Origin: Podospora anserina
Lineage: Eukaryota
Assembly (NCBI GenBank): GCA_017654855.1
Contig: CM030337.1
Span: 1,302,001-1,366,000, forward strand
DNA length: 64,000 nt
Direction: 5' to 3'
A program made the position numbers and the translations under genes. Under the pieces are notes generated by a model, which had not been told where the DNA came from, did not search any database, and saw only the letters and a list, made by a program, of their open reading frames with translations. Positions 12,766 through 25,510 of this stretch are shown one piece after another; position 1 is the first letter of the stretch, and each line of letters opens with the position of its first letter.

Positions 12766-14078
12766 CTACTTCCCCAATCTAGCCTCAATCTTCCTCCTTT
12801 CCTCCGCCTTCAACTCGGCCAGCTCCTCCTTGGTAGCATCATACCTAGCGCTAACCTGATTAAACGGGTTCTCCGGGCTCTTCTCAAACTCCTTCTTGAT
12901 CTTCTCCTTCTTCTGGTTCAACCTCAACCCCTGGCCCGTCCCGTCCGACTCCATCTCGGCCAGCCTCCTCTGCTCAAAAGCCGCATATGCCGCCTTGAAC
13001 CTCCTCTCGGGATGTCTATCGATCTTATCCTGCGTCGCTGGGCCAGCCAAGCTCAGCGCGTCAAGCGCATTGTCGATGCCCGATGCGTTGAGCGCCGACA
13101 GGCCAGAGCTAGGCTCATCAAGCTGCGACAGATCCAAGCCCCGGGACTTCTTGACGGCCGTTTTGGCGTTCTTTGGCTGGGAGCGACCGGGAGTGTTCTT
13201 CTCTTCCTCGGCGAGCAGGGCGTCGCGCTCGGCTTTTTTGCGGGCCAGTTCGGCTTTCTTTTGGGCTTCGGTTTCCCTGAAGTGAACGTAGATATGTCAG
13301 CAAACTGTAGATGTCGCCATGTGCATGTATCATCATGGTGTCTGGGTCAAGGTCCCTGCCAAGTAATTGTCCACAACCAAACTTTGGCCAACCTCGGTAG
13401 CCCTCTGTCTGGTAGGTGGCTTGATCCCACCATGTGGTGATGGTGGTTGCGTGAGCTTGTTCCCCCTCCCTTCTTCCAACCAAGCCGGCGACCGAGCTCC
13501 GACACTTGAGAAAGAAAAGCAGAGGAGGGGCCAAGGCAAAACCTCTCGCGTGCTGTGACTGGTGTGCCGAACACTCTCCTCTTGCTTGCCACACGCATAA
13601 CACCCATGCCCAGCACTGCTAAATCCCCCCTCCCGAGTAGACGTATGTCGTACAGACTATACCGCACCGAAACCCCCCCCTCCCGCCCAATGAGATCCCC
13701 CCCCTCCTCCTCCTCCTCCTCCTCCTCCTCCTCCTCCTCCTCCTCTATGGAAATCACTACCACACCCAGCAACCAGCCAACCGCGAGCCTATTCCCGACG
13801 GCTGTCCGCAGACCCAACTTCCCCCGATCAATCAATCAATCAATCGACAACCAACCCACCCAACTCTCATCCACCATCAAAGGGAATAAAAAAAACACTC
13901 ACTTCTTCGCATTACTCTTAGTCCCCTTCTCCCACTTCGCCGCCTCAGCAGCCGCCTCCCGTTCACTCTCCTCCGCAGCCTTCCTCGCCGCCGTCTCCGC
14001 CTTCCTCGCCTGGCCCAGAGCCTTCTTGCTCCCCTCCGCCGCATCCCCTCCCCCCTTGCCCTTCTTGCCTCCGGCCAT
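12766..14078 (-). CDS. CCDC124/Oxs1/Lso2-family (DUF1014) protein, 2 exons
   Basis: Exon 1 reads MAGGKKGK...SKKALGQARKAE...KW. Intron 13277-13902 (GTGAGT...GCTGAC...CAG). Exon 2 carries the signature IDRHPERRFKAAYAAFE...GLRLNQ...FEKSPENPFNQ. Confidence 0.9.
13704..13745. repeat. (TCC)n microsatellite inside the CCDC124 intron
   Basis: Read directly from the sequence. Confidence 0.9.
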
Positions 14079-14466
14079 GGTTCGTTCAAAAAACCGTCAC
14101 GAAATAAATCACCTGAGCCGATCTCAATGCACGCAGTAATGCTGTGGTTGGTTGATGTGCGTGTGTGTGGTATTGCGCGCGTGTGTAGAACAGAAATTCG
14201 AAGAAGTGTAATCGAAGCAACAAATTCGAATGCAAGCAAGCTTGGCCCGCGCCCGCACCGCACCCAGGCAAGTGTGCGTCATTCAAGATAAATGGCGGGG
14301 TAAATAATTGCTCCTTTCCTCCCGTCGAGAGGGGGAGTGAAATTAGTGATAAAAGTGGGGTGGTCACTCTCAGGAAGAGCAGCAAAGTGAAATCTCTTGG
14401 CCCGTGCGAGGAATCCAACAGGGACCTTTTGTCGAGAGGCTATCACCACCCGCTTTCCTTCCACAT

Positions 14467-14468
<2 letters not shown>

Positions 14469-14544
<76 letters not shown>
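14469..14544. repeat. (CA)38 microsatellite
   Basis: Read directly from the sequence. Confidence 0.97.
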
Positions 14545-14545
<1 letters not shown>

Positions 14546-17500
14546 CTCGCACACAAGCCGGGCGAGTACCGCGCGCGGGGAGTTTCCCCCCTGCCGTGAT
14601 GACCACAGTACAGGCCGACAAGGGTAGACGGCAGGTCCGGTCCGTGAAGGTGACAAAGAAATGTGAAATGGGTGCCCAAGGCTTTGATATATATCCCATA
14701 CGCACACATGTTCGCCTTCCCGGCCTCTTCTTGTTATACATACCAATGAGAAATCCTTCGACCAGGCACCGCAAATAAGGTCCTCCCATGTTCCTCGTTT
14801 CTGTGAGAAACCAGAGCCTGCTAGACTTGGATGTTGCCGAAGTTCAAACAATGGCGTGAAATACCCAGAGGCCGTGAGCTGCACAGTTCTCCCATCCCAT
14901 GTCGCGTCCCGCCGCCGCTGGAGCGGCATCAGCAGCAGGCTTGACCGCCTCCTTTTTCCGCAGTAGCCTTCGACATACCAAATAAAGCCATCCCTCTCCG
15001 GCAAGACTCTGTGGAACTGAACCGATGCACCGCGGCAACCCGCTTACCCCCGACTCTGATGGCCAACTCAACATCCAGACCTGTCATGCTCTCACGACAC
15101 TCTTCTGTGTGACAACGTAAACATAGATCAAGATCAACCTGAGACAGGCGCGGGTAGGCTTTGGGGACACACGGCGTTGGGGCTAGGTAATCGGAAATGG
15201 CCAAACTAGGAAAACTGACAGCCTGAAAAAGAAGCATCGGAGGCGGGCCAAGCAGCGAACAGCTATGTTCGACAGCTCCTTGCAACCTTGGCTGGCTGTG
15301 GTCGCGCCGAAACGAGTCGTCAGAAAGTGACAGGTCACTCGGTTGTGAGACTCCAAGTGGGATCCAGAACACACAACGGGCTGTGATAAGCGACTCCAAA
15401 ATGCACCTCGCCCGAAGTTACGACGCCACAAGGCCGGCTGGAGGTTGTTATCGCGTCAACGAAACTGCATGCTTCTCAGTCCAGTGGTCCGTTCGGGTTC
15501 CTGTTTACGAGACCGGTCAAGATGGCGTGCCTGCCTCTCCGTATCTGCCAAGGGTGGTCAGGCTTCGTGTAGCAGTGTAGCGTAGATTAAATCTCTCTCA
15601 GATGTGACGGCGATCGGCTGACGGAAAGCGGCTTCGTACCTGTGTCTTTGCTTTTTTTTTTTTCCCATGATCGATGCAGTTGCTTTCCCCATAGCGGCCA
15701 GAGTTCAGAGGGGTATACGGGTGGGTGTTCCCGTTCCTTGTCCGCAATACGTGCCCCCCTGTCGCAGGCTTAGCAAGGGCTCTTGATATGGGGGAGGACA
15801 CCAACGCATACGCATACCAATGCGACCAAGCAACGTCAAGCTGTGCCAGCGGTGATGGCGCTGCTCTTTCGCGGTGGCATGAATCATCCATGCTTTGCGT
15901 GCAGCAGAATGGATGCAGTCAGACGGCGGCATGGCCTCAGCATGTCCGGGTCACGGGGCTTTCGGGTCCGGAAGGCGAGGTCAGTTAGGTCGTAGTGTCT
16001 TCGGAGCGAGATCCGCTGGGGGAAAACGAACTATGAGGCCGCGGGTCAGTTGGCTGCACTCTCCGACGCTGCAGCAAAGCCAGTGGCTAGCTATGGCGGA
16101 AGAGCCATGCGGGTTGGTCCGGAAATGTTAAACATCCTGATTTGAATGCGACTGCGCCAATCATCCTGGCCAGCCTCCTCGCAGTCGCCCCGGAGGTCAT
16201 CATGAACCGGGCCTAGTGTTGAGTTGCCCGTGGAAATCATCCCCAGATGGCTGGGGACAACTGAGACACTTGCTTCTGCGCAGCGAGAGGACAACGCTAC
16301 GTTTGCAATCCGGAGAACTGGTTGATATTGAGATGGGCCATCATCTGAGACCCCAGAGCGCCAAGAAGGGCTTGACATGGGCGGCGAGGATCCTCGACCG
16401 GCTTGCTCGGGAACCTTGACCACCGGTGCAGAGCGTGCACTCAGCTCAGCCCAAACCACAACCTTGGGTCTGATCTGGTCGCCTGCAGTTGCAAACATGA
16501 CGTCCTCGCTCTAGAAAGAGACCCTGTAGTTAGCCTTCCCCCTATTGGATAGCCCGGCTGCTTATACCGCCCCGTCTCAAAGCGGATCGGCACTCTATTC
16601 TGATGTTACAGATCAGCTCGGACGCTGACCGCCACCAGCAACTCCTTTGATGATAGGGGAACGGTTTTTCTGGATTCAAGGCCAACGGGGGGAAACATCG
16701 TATCGACACCCAAGGCCCCATTGGTGGACGAAACAAGAAGGAGGTTTCTTGTGCAGAGCACCGAGGCCAGCGTCGCTTACCAGTCAGTGCGGGTAGAGGC
16801 GCACAGGCGCTGCAAGACGCAGTGTTGGTCGAATCGCGTTTGCCCTGCAGGGCTAATTCATGCGGAATCCCTACACGATAGTCATCTAAACCTTGGAAAT
16901 AACCACCGTGGATGTCTCACTGTCAGTGACGAGCAACGCTCGCGTGGGGCGCAGTGAGCAGACGAGTGTCTGCCGTGCACCTGGGCGGTTTTCCAGATCC
17001 AGATAGCACGAAGAGGAGATCCCATAGGCATGGCTCCGGCGCGCACACATGCTTCTACCTACTGCATCACACAGGCTTGCTGCGGCGTAGACGGCACTTG
17101 TCCGGGGTACGGAGAGTCAAGAAGGATTGGCGCCCTGGTGTTGATGGGCCAGAGAGGCAGCAGGATCGTTGCAAGCGCAGGAGGACCGATTAGAAACAAT
17201 GTTTTGCTGATGAAAGTACCGTCAGTCCGCAACCGAGATGCAGTGCACCGTCGCGAGCCATGGTTTGGACAAAAAGGCGGGGATGAGAAAACGGTTCTTT
17301 GGTGAGGTGGCTGTAGTTGCATGTATGTAGCCCTTTACAGCGAGCGAGAAGAGGTGAGGTTGCAACAGAGGCGTGTAAGAGATGTGCCGTCTGGTAGCGT
17401 ACCCTTCCTCCGTCGTCCTTGTAAGCGTGCGGCTAAACCTCGGACTGGTCGTACGTCGTCTGGCCCCCTCTGGCCCTTCCTCAGCAATCGTCACACAACC

Positions 17501-20500
17501 TGGAGGAAGCCGCTCCTTCGTCCTTCTTGCCTCGGCTGGGGAGGATTCCGCTGATACGACTATTGCTTCCCGTCTTCTGCAAGGTTCCAGGCATTGCTAA
17601 AAGCAGGCAAGTAAACCTGAGAAAGGACGGAGCCAGCAGCAACGGACCTTCCCATGTGAGGTCTAAGTCGGTGCTGTTGGTTGACGTTACGAGCTGCCCA
17701 GAAGGTCTCTCTGGTTAGCGTCTCACACAAGGTCCCGCGTTCCATGTCGAACCTGGAAGATTCCGTATAAAGGATAGATGTGGACATGAGAGCCACAGGC
17801 AGTCAGCGTGCGCGTGGGGGAATATCGTGCGAAGACTTGTCGATTGGCCAGCTTGCGGCAACCAGGCAGGGGAGACGGGTTGTTTTGTAGATCCATGCTG
17901 CATCCCTAAGCAAGGTCGGCCGTTTTCAAGGCAACTTGTGTCTGATGTTGCTGGAACTGACGGAGTCGGTGAGGGGACATTGCACCGGTGAAGTGCCGGT
18001 GTGTACCGTATGTTGTTGACATCGTCTGGGGTTGGTTGCGCGGAGGGTGACGGCCCTGGTGGAGCTGTGGTCTCAGCCCCATGGTAAGCGGTGCCCGGCT
18101 TTTGGCCGGCTTTTGCGGATCCGAACCCCCAGACTGTCGATGTCGGTGCGAATTGCATCTGTATTCGAGCAGCCCCATCGTTCATTTCATACAACATCGT
18201 CCATCCCAGCCATCCATCCAAAGTACTTCCTGTATCCCCCACCCCTCCTTTTCGGTGACCTCCCGCACCACCGAGCTGGCAAAGTGGACAAGATGAGTCC
18301 TCAGTGGTCCAGAAGCTGAATCAAACCAACCATTCGGCTGCTCCCCATGGGTTGCGCCAGTTTGTTGTTCACGATGGCATCCACCTTGCGTTTCAGCTTT
18401 ATTGCCACTGCATATCACATTTCCGCCGACTGAGGGCTGGTTGGAGACGCTAGAAAAGGAAAAAGAAGAAAAAAAGCACTCGCAAATCAGCGGCCTTTGC
18501 TCCGGCCTGTGAACCAAGCACCACGAGTACCGACCTCGGGACCACGCAAGCCACCAGGGCTAGACCACGTCAAAGCAACAGCTGGATCTCCGTTTTCTGT
18601 CCCAGAAGCTGCACGACATGCAGAATGCATATTGGAAGACCGCAAGCAATCTTGCCGTTCAGGCGTAGGCCATGTAGTCATGTTCACGGTGAATTTGCCG
18701 ACCCCTGAATTCTACAGTGTACACCGAAAGGAAGGAGGCAGATCGTCTTTGGTATGTACTCCGTATCGGGCTGGCCCTTTTTTTTTTTGTGGCATCGAAA
18801 CTGCAACAGGGTCCGCAGCCGCAGTTCCCACACCAACTTTTTTCTCGGGACTTGAGAAAATACTGCGTCATTATGAGACCCGACAATCTCATTGGCCCTG
18901 CTGTCGAGTTTTCCCCTGACAGTAGTTCTAGCAAAAGACGGGATGCAACCACTCGCAAATGAACGTTGGAGAGCACATGATTGCTGGTGTATGCGCGCCT
19001 TGAAACGGGGCAGCTGGAAGGTCCAATGAGCAACGTCGCCGTCTGGAGCATTTGGGGAAGGTTGGTTTCGTCTTGGCCCTCTGGTAACTGCGGGATGCGG
19101 ATACGGAAGAAAGGGGTCAAATTTGCGGCAGAGGTTGATGATACTGATCATAGAAAAGTCTCATTGCTGTTTTTGTTCCAAGTTTCCCCATGTGCTTGCT
19201 GCGTGAGGGACTGACGTGGTGATGCCCGTCACCAGCCACACGGGCATTTACTATCGCCTCTGATGCCGTCAACAGCGCTGGATAAGCGCCTGCTGATTGG
19301 CCGGAGAGGGGGTGGGAGCAGTGCTTCAAAACCAACACCTGTTTACCCCGGCCCGACAATCTGGTTGGGGCTTCCAGATGGAGAATTCGATTTTCTGGAA
19401 GCGAGGTCTTACCAGGGTCACCCTTGTCGATCGAAACTGGCGCTCATCCCCAGGGTCCGTCTCGGGTACCGATTTGTCAAGATCTGCTGGGAAGATTCTG
19501 ATAACACCAGCAGCAGCACTGAGCAGTTGTTGATATGCAAGGTTTTCTGCAGACCCCAGCGAACTCTTTTAATATGTTATCGGAATGGAGGCACTGGGGG
19601 TTTGCTCAATATCCAGGATGAAGAGCAGAAGTGGACATTTTCGTATTGTACAAAGTACCGGTGGTTGGGGGGAGCTCGGCAGATGGCTTTTTAGTTGCAC
19701 ATGGTCATCTGGCTCGGTGAGCGAGGCGCCTTCCAAGCCGCCCTTGACGCCCCCACCATCATGTCCCCACGCCGACGGTACGGCTCCGGTTGGTTTGTGT
19801 CGACTTCTGGTGGGCAGAGCGAAAGAAAAAGCTTCCCCACGCATCGGGCGATCCAGCTGAAAAATACAGGTCGTCCCAAAGACGGTGACGCCGTGCCGGA
19901 GCTCTTGCCGCCTGACGATAGCGGTGATGCCCACGCGAGTTCACGGGGGGCTGATGACGTGTGGAACTCGAGTTATGAACGCTCTACCCGCGACAAGAAC
20001 ACCCGAGGAGGGATGAGGTTAAAATTAGCGCTTGACATGACGGGAGCGAATCCGACCTGGCATGTGTGGCATGATACCTGGTGTTGATGGTGTTGATACT
20101 TGCGGGATATTAGGCGGCATACCGCCATTTAGTATAATGCACATGGAGCCTCGTAGCCTGGGCGATCACCGTGGCTTCTCAGTCGCTACCATTGCATAGG
20201 GTCAAAAACCACGCACAAGATGGTTGATACACGGGTGCTGTCACCCCGAGCAGCTCTGCTGATTGGCGGGCTTGTATGGCCGACGTTCCAGGCTGTTTGA
20301 CTGACCAATTGGTGCTGCGAACCCTGCCATCCATCCGGAACGCTGGGCTGGACTAGGACTGTCAGTACGAAAACAGGACTGGGAGTGTACATGAAGCTGT
20401 CGATATGTACCTGGATGAGAGCTACGCAGTGTCTGCAAGGTCGTTCAGTGGTTCGGTCTGGTGTTCCCAACAAAGTCGGCGCGGTGACAGGGCCTGTTGC

Positions 20501-23500
20501 GGGGCCAATGTAATCAACATCGCTCGTTCGAGTATCCTGCTCGGGCTATCTCCAGGGGTTTTGATGAAAGTGCACTTTTCGAAATCATGAAAATGAAGCA
20601 ATTGCAGAGTCTTAATCTGTGTCTTCGGTCAGCAACTGGAGCCGAGTGAAGTGTAATAAAAAAGAGGCTTCGACCGGAAAAGTCCCATTCTCTTTGTGCA
20701 ACCACCCCCTCCTTCCCCACCACGCCAGCGACAGGACATGGATTGTAGTGTATGTAGGAGACAAGTGCTGGGGAACAAAACATCCGTGACACCTCTCGGC
20801 GAAAAGCCCGTTGACGTTGATATGTCTTGAAATGTGTCTTGGATTTGCCCACACCCGCCCTGTTTCGGAGCCTCAACAGGCCCATCAGAAATGAGGCGCC
20901 CTCTTGGCTCACTGGTCGGTCGTGGGATGGCAGCGATGGCAAACGTGGAATGGCTCACCATCTCCGCGGCGCGGCATGGGCGGAAGTCAGCATCCTGTTT
21001 CCGGGATCGTTTGCTGCTTGATGTGTGTCGCCGTCAACGGCTCAATAAAAATGGCATCGGGCCATGAACGAGGTGCGCAAGAATGCGACTGTCCGTGCTT
21101 GTCCGGCGGCGAGCCAATGGCCGACACCTGCCGTCCATGATCGTCGAAACTCGTCAGAGCGCTGTGCGACGCGGACACCCCGGAAAGCAACAGCGTCAGC
21201 CTAATGCTCCGTCAGACCGGGTCCTTTTGCCGTTGAGGCTTGGGGTTGAACCAGATGTCTTTTTCGATGGAAGAAGCCGACCACCAGCCAAACGGTGCAG
21301 TGTAGGTGGGCTTGGGCTCTCGTGGCCCTGCTCAATGCCCCGCTACATGCCACCTGTGTGTACAGCTTTGCTTCCAGTTGTGTGTGTAACGTCGGTCCTT
21401 CGGGCTTCATCGGGCCTCTAGCGCATTATCCATACTGGGCTGTGACGGTCGAAGGATCCTAGTGGAAATCAGAGAACCTGATATTTGCCCATCTGTATGT
21501 AGCATGCAGGTTCGCGCGCCGGGAGGAGCATCACAGCTCTCACCTCACTGTCCAGCCCCACCTTTTCTCTACGGCGGCACGGCGGGCAACAGGAGGGGCG
21601 GACGAGTGGTTGAGGTGGAATTGCTGAAAAAGCAAATTCGAGAAAAAAAAGTTTTCATCTTTTCTGGTGTCATTCAGGTGTCATCGGCTAATCTTTCTGT
21701 CTCAGGTCAATCTGTCGCCTTGATTTGGCTGAGCTGGTGCCCTTTCCACAATCCTGAAATCGAAGGTGTTTGCTTTTCTCGGGTGCTTTTGTGCCTGCCG
21801 CTACCTAGGTGTTGCTGGCTCCGATCTCCGCGAGGTTGGGCGCGGCTCTTCTGCTGTTGCACGGTACCTCCCTTTTCACCGCTTCTACCGTAAGCTCCTC
21901 CCATGCTCCGATCGGGGTCAGCAATATTACCTCCCGTCCATATCGCTCGGATCACAGGAGAGCACCCGACCTCAGCAAATACTGACAGTAAGCTCTCAGC
22001 TACCTTGCCTGACGAGGTACATACATGCCTGAACTGAGGTGACGAGCAGCCATAGGTAGGTGTGGAAGGCACAGCCCGCTACTAGCTAGGTACCTACCTA
22101 GGTTGGTGAAACTACGGCGCTGTGTAGGAACAGGGAGGCCGCTATGCTGCAGGTGTGCAGGTGCAGGTATTCATGCAGTTGCGCCTTGGGCGAATGCAGT
22201 CACGCATTTAGAGACACATTGGACTGCCGCTTGATCCACCTCTGCTCTGCTTGCGCTCATATCACCGGACCTTTCAATCATACCTCAGGCCTTCCCTTCC
22301 GTATCATCCAGCAGCAAGGTCGATAGCCGCGACTCGCGACAGAGTAAGGCCGTGATGGAGATGACGCAGCCACACCTGACCATGCGATCCGGGTAGACGG
22401 TCTGCCGACCCGTTCGCTGCTGTGCGATGCCCTCTTCTATTCTTCTCTTTCAAATCATCAGCCCAGAACGAGGTACGACGGGTTCGCGGCTGCATCGAGC
22501 CTTACCCGGCCCCGCGGTGGACAGTTCGGCAAGCGCAGCATGCTTCCTCGCAAATGCAGACGGCAGACGGCCGTCGTCGACGACATTGGATTGGCAAGGC
22601 GATCACTTTGGCCGCCTTGTTCTTCCGTACCGTACCGTATGTGTGTAGACAGTGTCCTGTCGGAGGAGGTCCTCAACGGCGGACGGCGTTGTGAGTGGGT
22701 GGGTTCATCAATCCCACGTCCCAGCGAAACGGTGACGAACCCTCTGAGCCGTCGACGTGCCTGTGGGCGGTATCCCTGCAAGGCATGGGTGATTGACATG
22801 GGCCAGTCAGTAAAGTCGGGAACCAGCCATCCATGGATGCCAAGATTATTGCCCTGGACCTGGTCGACACACTATCCGCCGCGCTCACTTCCAACCTTGC
22901 GGTAGCACCTGAATTGACCTAGTGCTCCCCCAGGATCGTCCTGTCGTCTTCCCTCTGATCAGAGAGAGTCACCGCTGTTTCACGGCTTCCCTTCACCAAG
23001 ATGATTTCTTGCCCAGGTTCCCACATCCCGCAACAACATGGGTCCCCACAGTCAGATGGCTGATCCGGTGACCACTGGCCAGGGCTCTCAGCCCTTCCCG
23101 CACCCCGGTGTGCTTCCTGGGGATCCCATCCTTTCTGGGTGGACTGCATTTTCTCCTTGAATTAGACCTGGCTTCTATCGGTACCAAGGTGTAAACATAA
23201 GTAAGCTGCCGACATGGCCGTTCGTCCCTCTCGTCCCCCCCCTCGCCCTCTTCGGTCCCTCTCTGTACAAGTACCCTCTCGGTCCCCCCCCCCTTCTCTC
23301 TTGGGCCGACTCACCATTGCTCCTTCACTCGATACATTGTCCACTTGGCACCTGTCACCAATGATTGTTTCACGTCACGAGTCTACATAACGTCTTTGTC
23401 CTTTGCCTATATAACTGTCAAGGGTCCCACGGCGTCAGCCACTTGTATCACAAACACACCTACCTCTGGGACATTGCCAGCCATCATCAGTCACCAACAA

Positions 23501-23508
23501 AGCACACA

Positions 23509-25510
23509 ATGAGGACGAGACGACGCAACAGCATGGCCGGCAGCGAGAGATCAGTCGGCTCCAAGAAGCCACTTCCACCATATCCATCAAGACAGCTCAC
23601 CATTCTCGGTAGGTTCTCGACTACCCAACTCTGCTATTGTCAGTCAGTTCAGTCTTGTCTAACAGGTTGCAGCTCTTTGCCGGATATGCGAACCCATCGC
23701 CTTCATGTCCATCTTTCCATACATTTGGCATATGGTGAGAGACTTCAAGATCACAGAGGATGAGAGCCAGATATCCTTCTATGCTGGCATGGTGACCTCG
23801 GCCTTCACCTTCGCCGAGTTTTCCACCAGCTTCATCTGGGGAAGATTGAGTGACAAGATTGGGCGCAAGCCTGTCTTGTTGATGGGAATGACTGGAACCG
23901 GTATCAGCGTGATCATGTTTGGCTTTGCGCCGAATCTTTGGGTTGCCCTCGGTGCTCGAGCACTCGGTGGCTTTTTGAACGGGTGAGTCCTCCTAGGCAA
24001 GCGGTTCTGAGGGCTCCCAGGCTAACGGAAACAGAAATATCGGAGTTTTGCAAACTACTGTCGCGGAATTGGTCACGGTCAAAGCACATCAACGTAGGCT
24101 GTTTTCTTGGCACACTTTCATGAGGCGAAGTACTGACTGAGTACATACAGCCAAAGCATATACGGTGATGCCGTTGGTATGGTGCATAGGGTGCGTAAAG
24201 ATGTGATATCACCCATGGGATGAAGGGAACCGGATGGACTGACCTGGCTACAGATCTATCGTTGGGCCTATGATCGGAGGCTGGCTCGCAAAGCCTGTTG
24301 AGGGCTTCCCAGGTTGCTTCTCGCGTGACGGTATTTTTGGCACATTCCCCTACCTGCTTCCCAACCTCTTCAGCGCCATCTGCGTCTTTATCGGTGTGAT
24401 CGTCGGCCTCTTGTTTCTCGAAGAGACACACGCTGAAAGGAAGCACCGGCATGATCCCGGTATCGAACTGGGCCGATCTTTGATGTCTCGGATCTGGGGG
24501 TCCGAAAAGGTGGAAGAGAACAAGGGGAAGCTGCCGGCCAAAGCCGTCCCAGAAGAGGAGCGACCTCTGTTGTCGGAAAACGACGAGCTGCTGCCCGGTT
24601 ATCGAACGGGCTCTGCACGATCGTCGTCGCCTCCAGACACTGTTTCGGAGGAGTCACTCGATCTTGAGGAGGGAGGGGGCCTTGAGCTGGCAGAGGCCGA
24701 GAGGGCACCTGCAGGCAAGGTATTCTCCCGAGCCGTGATCATGGTGATCATCTCTTACGGTATTCTTGCCTTGTATGTTCCTCGCGCGTGGAAAAGTGAC
24801 GACACGATGCTGACATTGCTTCTAGTCACACAATGGCCTTTGACTCACTCCTGCCGGTTTTCCTCAGCACCAGCCCACCTGCGACCGAAATCCCAGCAAA
24901 ACTACCATTCAAGTTTGCTGACGGTTTCGGCTGGGACACCCAAACGATTGGCTTTATCCTCTCGGTTCAAGGCGTGTACTCACTGGCATCGACAAGGCTT
25001 CTCTTTCCATTTGTTGCCAACAAGATCGGAGCGCTTCGACTGTTCAAGATCATGTCTGTCTTGTACCCGCTCCTCTACCTTTTTACGCCATACATTGTCC
25101 TTCTCCCCGACAGCCTTCGCAAGCTTAGCGTGTACGGCATCGTTGTCTGGAAGATGACGTTTTCAACTCTGGCGTATCCGAGCAATGCCATCCTCCTCGC
25201 CAACTCGGCCCCGACGACACTGACTTTGGGAAGCATCAACGGCGCGGCCGCCATGACAGCAAGCTTGTGCCGAGCACTCGGACCGATAATATCAGGATTC
25301 TTCTATACGCAAGGTATGGAAAGCGGTTACTCTGGTCTGTCGTGGTGGGTTGCCGGGCTGGTTGCCGTCATGGGCGCTTGGGTTGGCCTCCAAATCACCG
25401 AGCCCAAGGGACGGATGGATGAGAAGGAGGACATGGACGAGACGACCGAGGATGAACCAAGGACGACAACCACACCAAACAAGGACGATCGCACAAGGCC
25501 TTCGCCATAG
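23509..25510 (+). CDS. Major facilitator superfamily transporter (ZIF1/YCR023C-like), multi-exon
   Basis: Spliced product contains ICEPIAFMSIFPY, WGRLSDKIGRKPVLL (MFS motif A), GPMIGGWLA, FPYLLPNL, FLEET and LGSING...ASLCRALGPIISG. Five short GT-AG introns lie between 23609 and about 24826. Confidence 0.88.

Noticed and set aside
13295-13336. C/D snoRNA (ATGATGA...CTGA) at the end of the CCDC124 intron
   Set aside because: Only about 40 nt long, and the CTGA is part of the intron branch point.
14360-15004. ORFs with HT/CV dipeptide repeats
   Set aside because: Translation artefacts of the (CA)38 microsatellite.
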